A stretch of DNA of 64,000 nt, from NCBI RefSeq assembly GCF_964355755.1, contig NC_092676.1:23888871-23952870 (forward strand), in the 5' to 3' direction. This DNA comes from Antedon mediterranea. Taxonomy: Eukaryota; Animalia; Echinodermata. A program made the translations under genes and the position numbers. The notes under the pieces were generated by a model, which was not told the DNA's origin, made no database searches, and worked only from the letters and a program-made list of their open reading frames with translations. Shown in pieces: positions 53,079 through 64,000 of the stretch; position 1 is the first letter of the stretch; every line of letters begins with the position of its first letter.

Positions 53079-54000
53079 GTATGTTTTCTGCAATAATAAA
53101 TACACAAAAATTGTAAATATAATAATAAAAGTGCAATATTCTTTGATTAGGAGGAATATGCGACAATCCACATCACACCAGAGAAGGATTGGTCATATGT
53201 TAGTTTTGAGACTAATGTTGAAATGGTAAGTAATATATGTACAGAGCGTAGCTACTATCTATGCCGTGGGGTTGTTATATCTGTTCACTGAACTATGAAA
53301 ACACTGCCACCTGGCAAATTCCCCCTTTCATTTGACAAGGGAGAGCGGGGATGGAGTGGGAAATAAAGCAACTTAGTTTTTAATGGCAATTTGTGATTTC
53401 CATGAAAATTCATCATTTTGTTTTTACCAGCCATGTTACGATAATCTTGTGAGAAGCATTCTAGAAACGTTCAAGCCTGGAAAATTTGTGATGACGGTAT
53501 TTGCTAACAAGGTATGCAACAGTAACACACTCGGGATCCTATAGGTTAAGATAGGACATGCAGCATATAGGTTAATGGTTTAAAGCTCTGTCTACACTAT
53601 CAAACTTTATGATGTGCCCATATGGACATAATGATGTCATATCACTACCATATTTGGGCACATCACACTTCTTTAAACTAGTTTGATAGTGTAGATAGAG
53701 CTTAATTAATTACTTAATTTCACAATATTTAGGCCCTGGGTCACTGGATCCTACTACAGTACTACTATGCCAGAAATGGGTGCTAAGCAACCAAGTTTTA
53801 ATTTTAAAAAATTACAGTACATTTTTAAGAATATTCTATCTCTTTTCTAGGTAGCAAAGTGTGTCTCGTCATACCACGCACTGCGAGAATCATTCCACGA
53901 TGGGTATATCCGTCAGGATCGTCAATTTTCACAGTTTAAATCCTACGACTTGACCTTTGGAAATTATGTTAAAGAAAAATCATTTGGTGTTCAAAGATAG
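49702..54000 (+). CDS. AMD1: S-adenosylmethionine decarboxylase proenzyme, 337 aa; exons 49702-49823, 50169-50255, 50939-51065, 51372-51474, 51698-51740, 52356-52410, 52599-52676, 52870-52962, 53151-53225, 53431-53511, 53851-54000
   Basis: 1014 nt in frame. Motifs [22 protein letters not shown] (E/S autocleavage, pyruvoyl site), [30 protein letters not shown] and [15 protein letters not shown]. Confidence 0.97.
52019..52243. mobile_element. MITE family 2 (TIR CAAGGCAATCTAACAACAGG), copy 1
   Basis: ~30-bp imperfect TIRs; ATTTACA on both sides (offset by 4 nt on the right); homologous to 54701-54925. Confidence 0.75.
52411..52598 (+). other. U12-type AT-AC intron in AMD1
   Basis: Donor ATATCCTTTT, branch TTTCTTAAC ~10 nt before terminal AC; removal gives DQTLE|VLMTDLD in frame. 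Confidence 0.93.
53048..53074. repeat. (TA)n microsatellite
   Basis: Run of about 13 TA units. Confidence 0.9.
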
Positions 54001-54700
54001 AAGAAAGAAAGAAGCTTGACTAATTACAATCACAGACAATTATTGTTCATCATTTATTTTTTAAAGAAAACTATAAATTAATCATATTTAATATTTAGGG
54101 TATATTGTTTTATGTGAATATAATAACCCTGCATATTTTATAGATCTTTTATTAGGAATCACATATTTACAAAAATCAGTGGGTGTTGTGTAGTTAACAT
54201 TTTAATTATTAATTTTTAAGTACAATTGAGAAATGACATTTAATGGTAGTTAACTATTTTTGGTTGTAATTATGCAAATATTATATTGATTTGGTTTGCG
54301 GTATATTGTTTATTGGTTATATTTTAATTGAAGTTTACATTTTTTAGTTTAAATTTATGAAATGGTGCAAGGTAGACATTATTCCACACTACAGATGTGC
54401 CACAGTGAATTGTGTATTATAATTTACTTTTTATCAGGGTTATTCTTCCCAGGGGAAATGTACTAACAACAGTAATTGTTTCTTCACATTTTTTAATTAA
54501 TTGATATACAACTAATATTTTATGTAAATTTAGCTTGCTCTTTATCACTGCCTGTATAAGAAAGCCACTTAATTATATCTTAATATTTATCACTGTACTT
54601 TGGTTTGAATTAAATCTTTAAAATCATTTCTTTTTAATATGTTATGTAAACAAATTTTAAAGAAGATCTATGAATTATAGAAAGTGACCGTGTGATATAC

Positions 54701-54925
54701 CAAGACAATCTAACAACCTGAGGCTGAGCTCCGGAGACCAAAGGGTTTATCTGTGGCTGTGAGACAATCAGTTCCACGCCCCCTAACAGACACCGCGCGC
54801 CGCGGAGAATATGTACATAGTACAGCACTGTTGGTATTTGTCGCAGCCAGACATAAGATCAAAGGACTGTTACGAGTTCATATCTTTGCAATGCAAGCTC
54901 GGTGTCCTTTTATTAGATTTCCTTG
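54701..54925. mobile_element. MITE family 2, copy 2, with 7-bp TSD GATATAC (P-element superfamily-like)
   Basis: GATATAC|CAAGACAATCTAACAAC ... TTAGATTTCCTTG|GATATAC. Confidence 0.8.
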
Positions 54926-55105
54926 GATATACTACTCCTTATAAATCAACCAGAAAAGCCAAAACTAACAACATAAAACTACAATTCAGAAAAGACTATT
55001 TGTCGACTACACTGCGAAAGATCTTGCAACCATGAAAAACCTGGAGCACGATGTTAGGTCAGGAGATAAAGAATAAAACATGACCGTTTCTCGGCCAAAA
55101 CGAGA

Positions 55106-55170
55106 GTTTTGGCAGGTAAGCCCGTAGAGTAGATAGTTTTGGCAGGTAAGCCCGTAGAGTAGATAGTTTG
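55106..55170. repeat. 30-bp perfect direct duplication
   Basis: AGTTTTGGCAGGTAAGCCCGTAGAGTAGAT twice in tandem. Confidence 0.85.
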
Positions 55171-55554
55171 GTAGGACTAATGTGGAAACTAACAGTGTAT
55201 GTAAAAGGGTCCTGTAAAAACAAAATTGTAAACTTTGTTATTGCAGGATCCTTGCCATCAATATTGTAATTGTAAAGTTAGAAACGATGAGTAAATAAAT
55301 GCGAATGAATGACAATGAAAAGACTGGACGTTCCAATTGCTGTACTACAATACACTAATACTGCACCAGGAAGCGTGAATCATCTGAAAACTATTTAACA
55401 AAAATACAGCTAATAACAACCTAGCTCCGAAGAGAAACAAAACACATATATAAACTTGGATACGTATGACAATTGCCTATTCAATGTTCTCACCAACGAG
55501 TTTTATGAATTAAAACGTTTTGTAAACATCGGGTTGCAAACAAAACTTAACCAC

Positions 55555-55755
55555 TGTAAGCCAATCAGAAGACGAGGATTCACTCGTTGGCACTTTACTA
55601 TCCAATCACAGACGTGTAAAAACGCCTACTTGGTTTGTTGATGTTAAGCCCTTTGAAAGCCATATCCTAATCTAAATTGTTTTGATCTTGCCGATAAATA
55701 CGATTGACAAATTTATAGAAAGATAAGTTAGTAACAGGTAGTCGCTATAAAAACT
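55555..55755 (+). promoter_or_regulatory. Putative Brachyury promoter: two CCAAT boxes, TCF/LEF site, TATA box
   Basis: CCAATCA at 55561 and 55602, CTTTGAA at 55651, TATAAAA at 55746, about 300 bp before the ATG. Confidence 0.5.
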
Positions 55756-56043
55756 CTACTTGTGATGAACTGAGATAATCGTGCTACTGACCACATGTGT
55801 ACTGACCATTTGACCGGCGAACTACGGACAACTTGTTTTTTAACATATATGATAGAACCTTCAATTTGTGGACCTTGCACTAAACATATCTCTGCTAAGA
55901 AGTCAAACTAATTTATATCTTCTACGATACATTTTTGCTGAATGCTAAATATCACATACAAGAAGTGCGAAATCTATTAAAATATTTACGACCGCATTAA
56001 CTAAAGCGATAGATTTAAACAGACGACGAGGGATATAATCATA

Positions 56044-59000
56044 ATGGAAAATAAAGTAAAAATTACTCTGGCTGAGTCTCATCTGTGGCGTAAGTTTAAC
56101 AATGTTACCAACGAGATGATAGTTACAAAAAGTGGAAGGTGAGTTTATATACTTTTTTTTATTTAACTTCAAAACAGTGTATTGTACAAATCGTACAGCT
56201 TTATATGAAAAAAACTTGCGGTAGTCTCAATCTAAAATGAATCGCATGACTATTTAGGTATCAACAGTATTCCATCTATATGAACACTTTCTTTCAAACT
56301 TTTGACTATCAGTCAAAAAATACACTGTACACTAAAAAATAATTTCCATTTTGTAGGTTAATAACAAAATAGTTGTTTTATTCTGTGTCTACCATTATAT
56401 ACGATACTTCTTTGTACGACAAATAAAACTCAATCAACCAAGTGTTTTTTGTAAGAAAAATAAATGCAAATACATTGCTATTTTCACGTTTTCCGTTCTA
56501 ATTAATATTAGAAAATTCATTAAAATTAAATGAAGTGAAACTTCTAAAACTATATAACTTTGTTTTCAATGTTTACACAATTTACAATTGAGAATGTCAA
56601 TTACTGGTATAGTGGTACAAATTACGTCGAGATGAAAAATGTAATCTATTTGTTTACAAAATAAAGTAGATTTGCTATTCGCTAGTTCAGATGATCAAAG
56701 TTAATAACCCTATTAATCCGAATTAATTAAGTACCGTGTATTGTTATCAAATACATGAAACTCGTTATACCGAGTTGCAAGATAGGAAATCATCCATTGT
56801 CACTCAAGTATCCTCTACTCCTCACTAATTAATTTTAATTTTTCGTATCGGAAATGAAACATAATCTATTGGGGGTTTTTTAAACCATCTTTAAAATTAC
56901 AAGATACTAATATACTATATATATATACTATACTAATATAAGTTTTCATAAAGATCAATAACATACTTTCACCACGGTAACATTTTAATATAAAACGTAA
57001 TATCTATTTATATTTTTTAAGGTTCCCTGTCCTCTCAGTTTAACAAAATGTGTTTATATTTTAAATTTTTTTAGGAGAATGTTCCCAGTTCTTTCGGTTT
57101 AAAAAATATGTTTATATTTTCTATTTTTAGAAGAATGTTTCCTGTTCTCTCGGTTTCATTACGCGAGTTAGACCCTAAAGCTATGTACTCTGTTATGGTG
57201 GATTTCGAACCAACTAGCGATACCCGCTGGAAGTACCTTAACGGGGAGTGGGTCCCGAGTGGCAAGCAGGAGTCTCTATCTACCAGTTCATCCTACGTAC
57301 ATCCCGACTCCCCTAACTTTGGTGCGCATTGGATGAAAAATATGGTATCATTTACTAAAATAAAGCTGACGAATAAGGCAAGCAGTGACGGACAGGTATG
57401 TTAAAGTTCAATTAACTGTTACTGAAAATAGGCCTACAGTACCACTTGTTAGATATGTAGTTATGCTAATTTAAGAACTTCTTTTGTACTACGTGAAATG
57501 AATGAATGAACGCTGTAGTTTGTTGTTAGGCCTATCTCATCTTAAATTTTCTTTGATATCTTTAGCATTGTCAAGACAATAACAGGCCCTATAGTTTACC
57601 AAAAAAATTGGTTAATTGTAACAAAAATGATATATCTGATTAATTAATTTATATCTTGAATTGTTATTAGTAGTAATGATTTTGAGGTGTTACTTTTACG
57701 TTTGTATGTTAATTTATTCTATGTTCAATGTAATACTTTCTAACGACAAAGATAAAATATCGTATTATTATCTTTTTGAAATTTAAAACAAATGTGGGTT
57801 TCTCTCACAAAAGAGAAACAAAATATAGTTTAACCCCAATACCAATCGGTGACGTTGAAATAATTATAGAAAACGACAAATATCTTTTTAGTACCGTCAA
57901 ATATGCAATAACTGTTCACTCCAGAGACTGAAATTCTATTTAAACTTTCTTTCTATAGATAATGTTACAATCGCTTCATAAATACCGTCCACGTATCCAC
58001 ATTGTAAAGGTTGGAAGTTCGGAAAAGCAGAAACGCTTGGCAACTCAATCTTTCCCTGAAACGCAGTTTGTAGCCGTCACGGCTTACCAAAACGAAGAGG
58101 TAACAAATACTAAAACTCTATAAACTCTACTATATTCTAAAACTTCTCAAACCTACTATCTTACAAAAAAGTCATATTTCAATAATTACATCATATTTTC
58201 AGCACGCTTTTTACTTTAATGTAAGGTGCTTTTGATTTTTTGTTTTGTTTTATAAGGACGATGATAGGTTTGTTTATTTCCTTACTTTAATCTAATTTCG
58301 ACACGTTATACACGACATTATCCTCACTACTGATATTTCATATAGGCATTGGCCTACAGAATATAAAGTTTTACAATAGACTAAAACATAAACCAAATCG
58401 TTTCTCTATGACTGAACATTTGACTGCATTATACTAACCATACATGTATACAGATTCTAACGTTTTACCAGGAAAGAGTAAGATTTACTCTTCGTTTCCT
58501 GGTTTTACTAATTATTATTTTATTTATTTAAAATAGATAACTCAGCTTAAAATCAAACACAATCCATTTGCAAAAGCCTTTCTTGACAACAAAGAAAGAG
58601 GTGAAGAAACCTATCAAGAAAACACAGTTTTGTCATTTCCACACAGTGAGTATTATTTTCCAAAATCTATACAGGTCACGTCTACCCCTATTAGGGAACA
58701 CATTCGAGACATACAAAGTGGGCGTCCCGTGTGTGAATAGGGGTTAGTCGTAGTGTCAAAACAACTATTCGTTCGTTTCTCGAGACTTGTGAAAACCCAA
58801 TTTCAAAGTTACATTTTTTTTTCTTTTCTTAACTTTTATTCATCTTTATATTCAGTGAATGGATGGTTCTACTCTGCACCGAACCCTATACGTACAGCAG
58901 GAACACCTTTCCAGCCAGCATTACGTCTTTCGCACCAGACCTGTGAGACATTCAGCGGGTTAAGGAATCACAGAACGACGCCATATTCACGACCAACATG

Positions 59001-59560
59001 CAGACAACATTCATCAACAGGTAAATTGGCTTCTTCCACTAAACTGTTTTTCCTAACCTATTTTCATAAAACATTAGCCAAAATTTAAACCTATTAAAGA
59101 TATTGAACAACACAAAATAGCTCTAAGTTATTAACTACATTTACAAATACAATTCCTTATATAGACTTACAAAATCATCAATTTACTAAGAAATGTTATT
59201 TTTTTAGGACACAGTTATTCGCCACCGCATTCGGTACCCAGTGAATGGTCTACCATTCAGCCTTCTGTATCGTCATCACACAGTACTCAATACCCATTAT
59301 GGCAATCAGTAGGGAGTCGCTCGAGTATCGCCCCTATTGTGACAGCTAACATTGAACCGGTACCATCCGCTCTTCGCCGAACATCTCCGATAATTTCGTC
59401 AACGCCGACGACCTTTTCGTCGCCCATACTTCCGAGACCCACACCTGTACCTCATGCACCATGTCTAAATCATCAGGACAGTTTCAACGATGTGCATGGT
59501 TATCTACGCAGTCAGTTCTCATATCAACAAAGTATGCCTTCAGGTTTCCATTTGAATTAG
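56044..59560 (+). CDS. TBXT: Brachyury-class T-box transcription factor, 375 aa; exons 56044-56138, 57131-57395, 57959-58099, 58537-58645, 58856-59020, 59208-59560
   Basis: 1128 nt in frame. Motifs [74 protein letters not shown] and the Brachyury R1-like motif LRNHRTTPY. Start codon and exact orthology are less certain. Confidence 0.9.
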
Positions 59561-61980
59561 TGAAATATAGGGCCAAATCATGTTTAATAACCGAACCGAA
59601 CCATAATGTCTTTTATACCGTGCTAGCACTTGGGCTTTGGTCCATCTCTTATTGTTTCACATGGACCTATAACACTTAATGTATAGATCCATGTTTCACC
59701 AATTACTGTTGTATTTCCGTATTCTGTATTATTTTTAAAAAGAACATTTATGTTTTTATTAAATAATTTATCATATACATTATAAATATATTTATATACC
59801 GTGTTTTATCAATGTCATTGATGTTCAATGTAGAAACAAACTGACGTCGAGCATATCTCATTTGTTACTTAAAATTCATTTCATCACGACCATCTTATAT
59901 GAATAGTATTTGTGTTAAGAAAAGTTTTATTCATTGCAACATGTGTGCTTATGTATTTTTACCATTATTTTAATATATTTATATAACGTTGAATACAAAA
60001 TATACAAAAATACATGTCAGTTATAAATCTGTTTTACTTTTTTCTAAAATACTGTCCCTCGCCCTCCCTTTCCCACAAAGATAATGCATGAGAACACTGG
60101 TTCGGAACATATTTTGTTTATGATTGAGGGGTCGTATTTTGAGAAAAAATCGTCTGTCTTTACAAGGAAAAAACATAATTATTTGCTGGTCAATGCTTTT
60201 ATCAACGCGCGTGGGACGCTCATTGTTCAATTAGTCAAAATTGTAGCCTAAATTTAAAAAATAAAATAATTGGCTAATCCTAAACGAAAATAGACCCGAT
60301 TGAAGAAGCTTCCTGCCTTTACCGTATGGAGTAAACATATTTATGTCGTTATTCTTGTTTCAAAGATATTTTATTAACCAAGTGATCACAAAACAATAAC
60401 ACAAAACAATGCACACACTTGACCACTGTGTCGGCTTTTGCCATCAAAGGCAGCCGATATAGGTGTAAACGGGTATAGGACTGATCGTTAAGGTTTCACG
60501 AATCACAGTATTGTGTTTTTACTTTGTTGAGGAAATCATTCATTTGATTGCTGTGATTTTTGACAATAGGGCAGAGAAGTTATCGTTTCCGAATCAAGAT
60601 GGGTTTTATTGTTTGTGAAATTCTTCAAAGATAATAAAAAATGAAAAACAAGTGGGATAATTGTGATCTGGTGCCAGGATTTAAACTAAGGAATTTCGTA
60701 AACAACTTAAACCTGAATGGTCATTTTATAGAGTTCGCTGACACTTGTGACGTAATAGGAAGTCTATAATTAGTAATTGTTTCATGTTTGGCCCTTTCGA
60801 AATTCTGCAATACAAATTGTATCTAATTAAAATTGACAATCATAAATATATAAAATAAAGTATCATTACAATTGAATAAACGTGTCTTCCTTTTTCCATA
60901 CGTAAGAACAGTATTGGCTAAACTTATAAATAGGAATATAAATTAGTACTAGTAAACCTCTATAAAAAAAAAATGATTGAATAGTTGTAATATTCTTGTT
61001 GCTTGTGTTTGCAATCATATGCTCCATATTAAATATATATATTTAAGCTTATAGTTTGTGAATTTTCTTTTTCTGTTTGTAGGCCTACGTTTGTTGATAT
61101 GGATAAAATGTTCGAAATAAAAGAAATTGAAATCGCTAAGAATGATTTGGTGATGTTGGTTTGGCGCGTTTAGACGCGTTGGTTTGGCGCGTTTAGACAT
61201 AGCCATGTAGCCTAATAATATTCAAAAAATAGGTACAATACTTTCTAGGAGCATTTTTTTAAATATTTTATTATACATAGGCCGTTGGCTCAAATACAGC
61301 AATATAAATAATAACAATAATATAAAGTTATATGTGCGTTAAATAATGCTTTCTTTTTTATAAGCAAAGTAAATGAACTTAGCAAGGTTAAGATATATTT
61401 TTTCTTTTTTACTTGACATTAATAAAATAAATTTTTCAACAGTTAGGGAATTTGAAGTAAAAAAATGGAAGTAATTGTTTTCTTAAATTATTATATAAAG
61501 GACATTGTAATAAAAAATGAAACTCGTTTTCTACTAAATCATTGTTACAACCTTAACACATTCTTTCATGTTTTTGATGTTCTTGTCCATCGCTGTTTTT
61601 CAATGTCGAGGTCAATACATTATCTAGCACAAGATAATGAAATATATTGCGATCAAATCACCTGTATATTATTAAACGCTATATTGTTGAGGCAAAAGGC
61701 ATTTTTTCAATAGAGTTTGGTTTAGTTTATGATGTTTATCGACAAACATTGTATGAAAGCAATTTTACTACGTTTGAACAGCTATCGACAAGTACCTGTA
61801 AATTGGAAGAACTTTACACGGTCCTGTTAGCAACAACATCTAAATAAAAACTATAGAAATATACTTTCACCACTTTTCTATCCCACCTCTTGTAGGCCTA
61901 CCAATACAGTAGACCACTCGGGACATTTAGTTATTTAGGAATACCCCTTAAAAGGGACCCTTTCGAGTGAAGAGTACGAT

Positions 61981-63810
61981 CAGCGTTGCCAGCGATAAAA
62001 TTTAAATTATGCCGTATCCTGTCTCAAATAATGCCAGATTGGGAAAAATAATGCCAGATCCCCAAAATGTGGCCCTAAAGAGCGCCACCAACGGTTGTAT
62101 GTCTAATAAACGTTTGTAAAACCCCAACTGACACAAAATAGGGCCTAAATTGTATCCCTATGTCGTTCAAAAATTGTATTTTACTAATAATTCTAAAAAT
62201 ATCTGGGGTGCGAAAATGGTAATTGCAAATGACACAAACACCAACCCACGAACCCTTCTCCCCCCCCCCCCCACCCCCAAAAAAACCTGTTACAGCCATG
62301 GAAATTTAGAATTTTTGAGCTGAAATATGAGAGCTGCTCGATCTTTGCACTTAATTTCAAATATGAAAGGATCTTAGCCCACCATAATTAGAAAATGGCA
62401 ATTATAATTTAAAATAGGAAATAAAAATATATATTAAGTGTCTCCAGGACCTCAGCCCCACAATGGTTGATAAGAAAATTTTGAAAAATGCTGATGGCCG
62501 GAAATGCCACTTAATTTAAAATATGAAATAAAAATATATTTATTAGTGTCTCCAGGATCTTAGCCCACCATAGTTAAAAAATGGCAATAATTATAATTGA
62601 AAATAGGAAATCAAAATATATATTAAGTGTCTCCAGGACCAGCCCCACCATGGTTGGGACTGAGGTACAAACATTTGGAAAATAGAGCTGCTCGATGGCC
62701 GGAAAGGGCACTTAATTTCAGATATGAAATAAAAATATATTTATTAGTACCTCCAGGATCTTAGCCCACCATAGTTCGAAAATGGCAATTATAATTTAAA
62801 ATAGGAAATAAAAATATATATTAAGTGTCTCCAGGACCTCAGCTCGTGGCTGGTGCTGAGGTAAGAAAATTTGGAAAAATAGAGCTGCTCAATAGGCGGA
62901 AATGGCACTTAATTTCAAATATGAAATAAAAATATATTTATTAGTACCTCCAGGATCTTAGCCCATCATAGTTTTGAAAATGGCAATTATAATTTAAAAT
63001 AGGAAATAAAAATATATATTAAGTGTCTCCATGACCTCAGCCCCACCATGGTTGGGGCTGAGGTACAAAAAAATGGAAAAATAGAGCTGCTCGATGGGCG
63101 GAAATGGCACTTAATTTTAAATAAAAATTACCTCGCCCACATGGTCACTACTGGGGCTGAGAGGTGAAGAACATTTGGAAAAATAGGGTTGCTACGACGA
63201 TGCAAATGGAACATAATTTGAAATATGGAAAACAAATTCTCCTAGAAGAAATTCTTTTTAAAATTAGAGCTTCTAATTAGTTACTGGAAATTGCCATTTC
63301 AAGGGTTGGGGTAGGGGTGCGGCCACTTATAATTATGAACTGAAACAACAAAACCCCTTTCATAATGTTTTCGTTCAATTGTCTCTATATCTGGGGATCC
63401 AATAACCTGCATGGTCTCTGAAATAGAGCAACATAATTGGCCAATAGCTAGCCTCTTCGGATTTGTTGTGCTGCCTATATCGCACACACGGTAGTTTTCG
63501 AGCAGCCTTCCTATCCGAAGAGTCTATTTAAGTCCGAAACAAAAGGATGGAAGAGCTATTGTACGGAAAATCCGAACAGATCTGTTTTGTACGATATGAT
63601 ATTGTGTAAGGTGATATGTATTAAATTGCAAGATTAAACAAAATATTTTATTTTTGTTCTGTGGTATATTATTTTTTTGGTTGTTCAAAAAACACAAAAT
63701 TATGCCAGATTATGCTAAAAACGGCTAAATAATGCCGCGGCATTATGCCAGATGCCGTGGGCCTCTAAATAATGCCAAAAAGCATAATAATGCCAGAAAT
63801 GGCAACTATG
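61981..63810. mobile_element. Non-autonomous hAT-type element, 8-bp TSD AGTACGAT, with internal ~200-bp tandem repeats
   Basis: AGTACGAT|CAGCGTTGCCA ... TGGCAACTATG|AGTACGAT; subterminal ATGCC motifs at both ends; internal units at about 62331, 62487, 62685, 62882 and 63084. Confidence 0.88.
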
Positions 63811-64000
63811 AGTACGATATAGGCCTAAGCAATACGTTTTTAACACGTGAAACCCCGGCTAAAAGGAGGCATCTCTATGAAACGGACACTTCAATCAAGC
63901 GAACGATAGGCAATATATATATATGGCGACTGTGTTTAAACTCAATGTACATTTTGTCCCCTTCATTTCACATCTGGTGTTTTGCTGTATTTTAAAACCT

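Noticed and set aside
54001-54081. Vertebrate-type AMD1 stop-codon readthrough tail
   Set aside because: Only 26 in-frame codons follow the TAG, in AT-rich UTR-like sequence.

Overview
AT-rich, intron-containing animal genomic DNA; gene content and repeat style suggest an invertebrate deuterostome, possibly an echinoderm (inference). Four genes can be spliced together by eye: the 3' part of DONSON (+, 1-6147, with a U12 GT-AG intron), SON (-, 14781-7680, ~1022 aa, tail-to-tail with DONSON), AMD1/S-adenosylmethionine decarboxylase (+, 49702-54000, with a U12 AT-AC intron and several candidate uORFs), and a divergent Brachyury-class T-box gene (+, 56044-59560). Half the window (14939-46428, ~31.5 kb) is one insertion with perfect 44-bp terminal inverted repeats and an 8-bp target-site duplication (CAGAGAAC), sitting in what appears to have been a short SON/AMD1 divergent promoter. 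It looks like two different foldback elements fused at 31051 after loss of their inner termini. Element A is a 16-kb palindrome of 181-bp satellite with higher-order repeats. Element B has inverted 97-bp satellite arms, a central ~193-bp satellite, and a nested LINE fragment that contains a head-to-tail Helitron dimer. No transposase ORF is visible. Other oddities are an in-frame ladder of duplicated SON stop-codon regions and a triplicated Brachyury splice acceptor whose copies differ at synonymous sites. All coordinates were read by eye; repeat edges and copy numbers are approximate.
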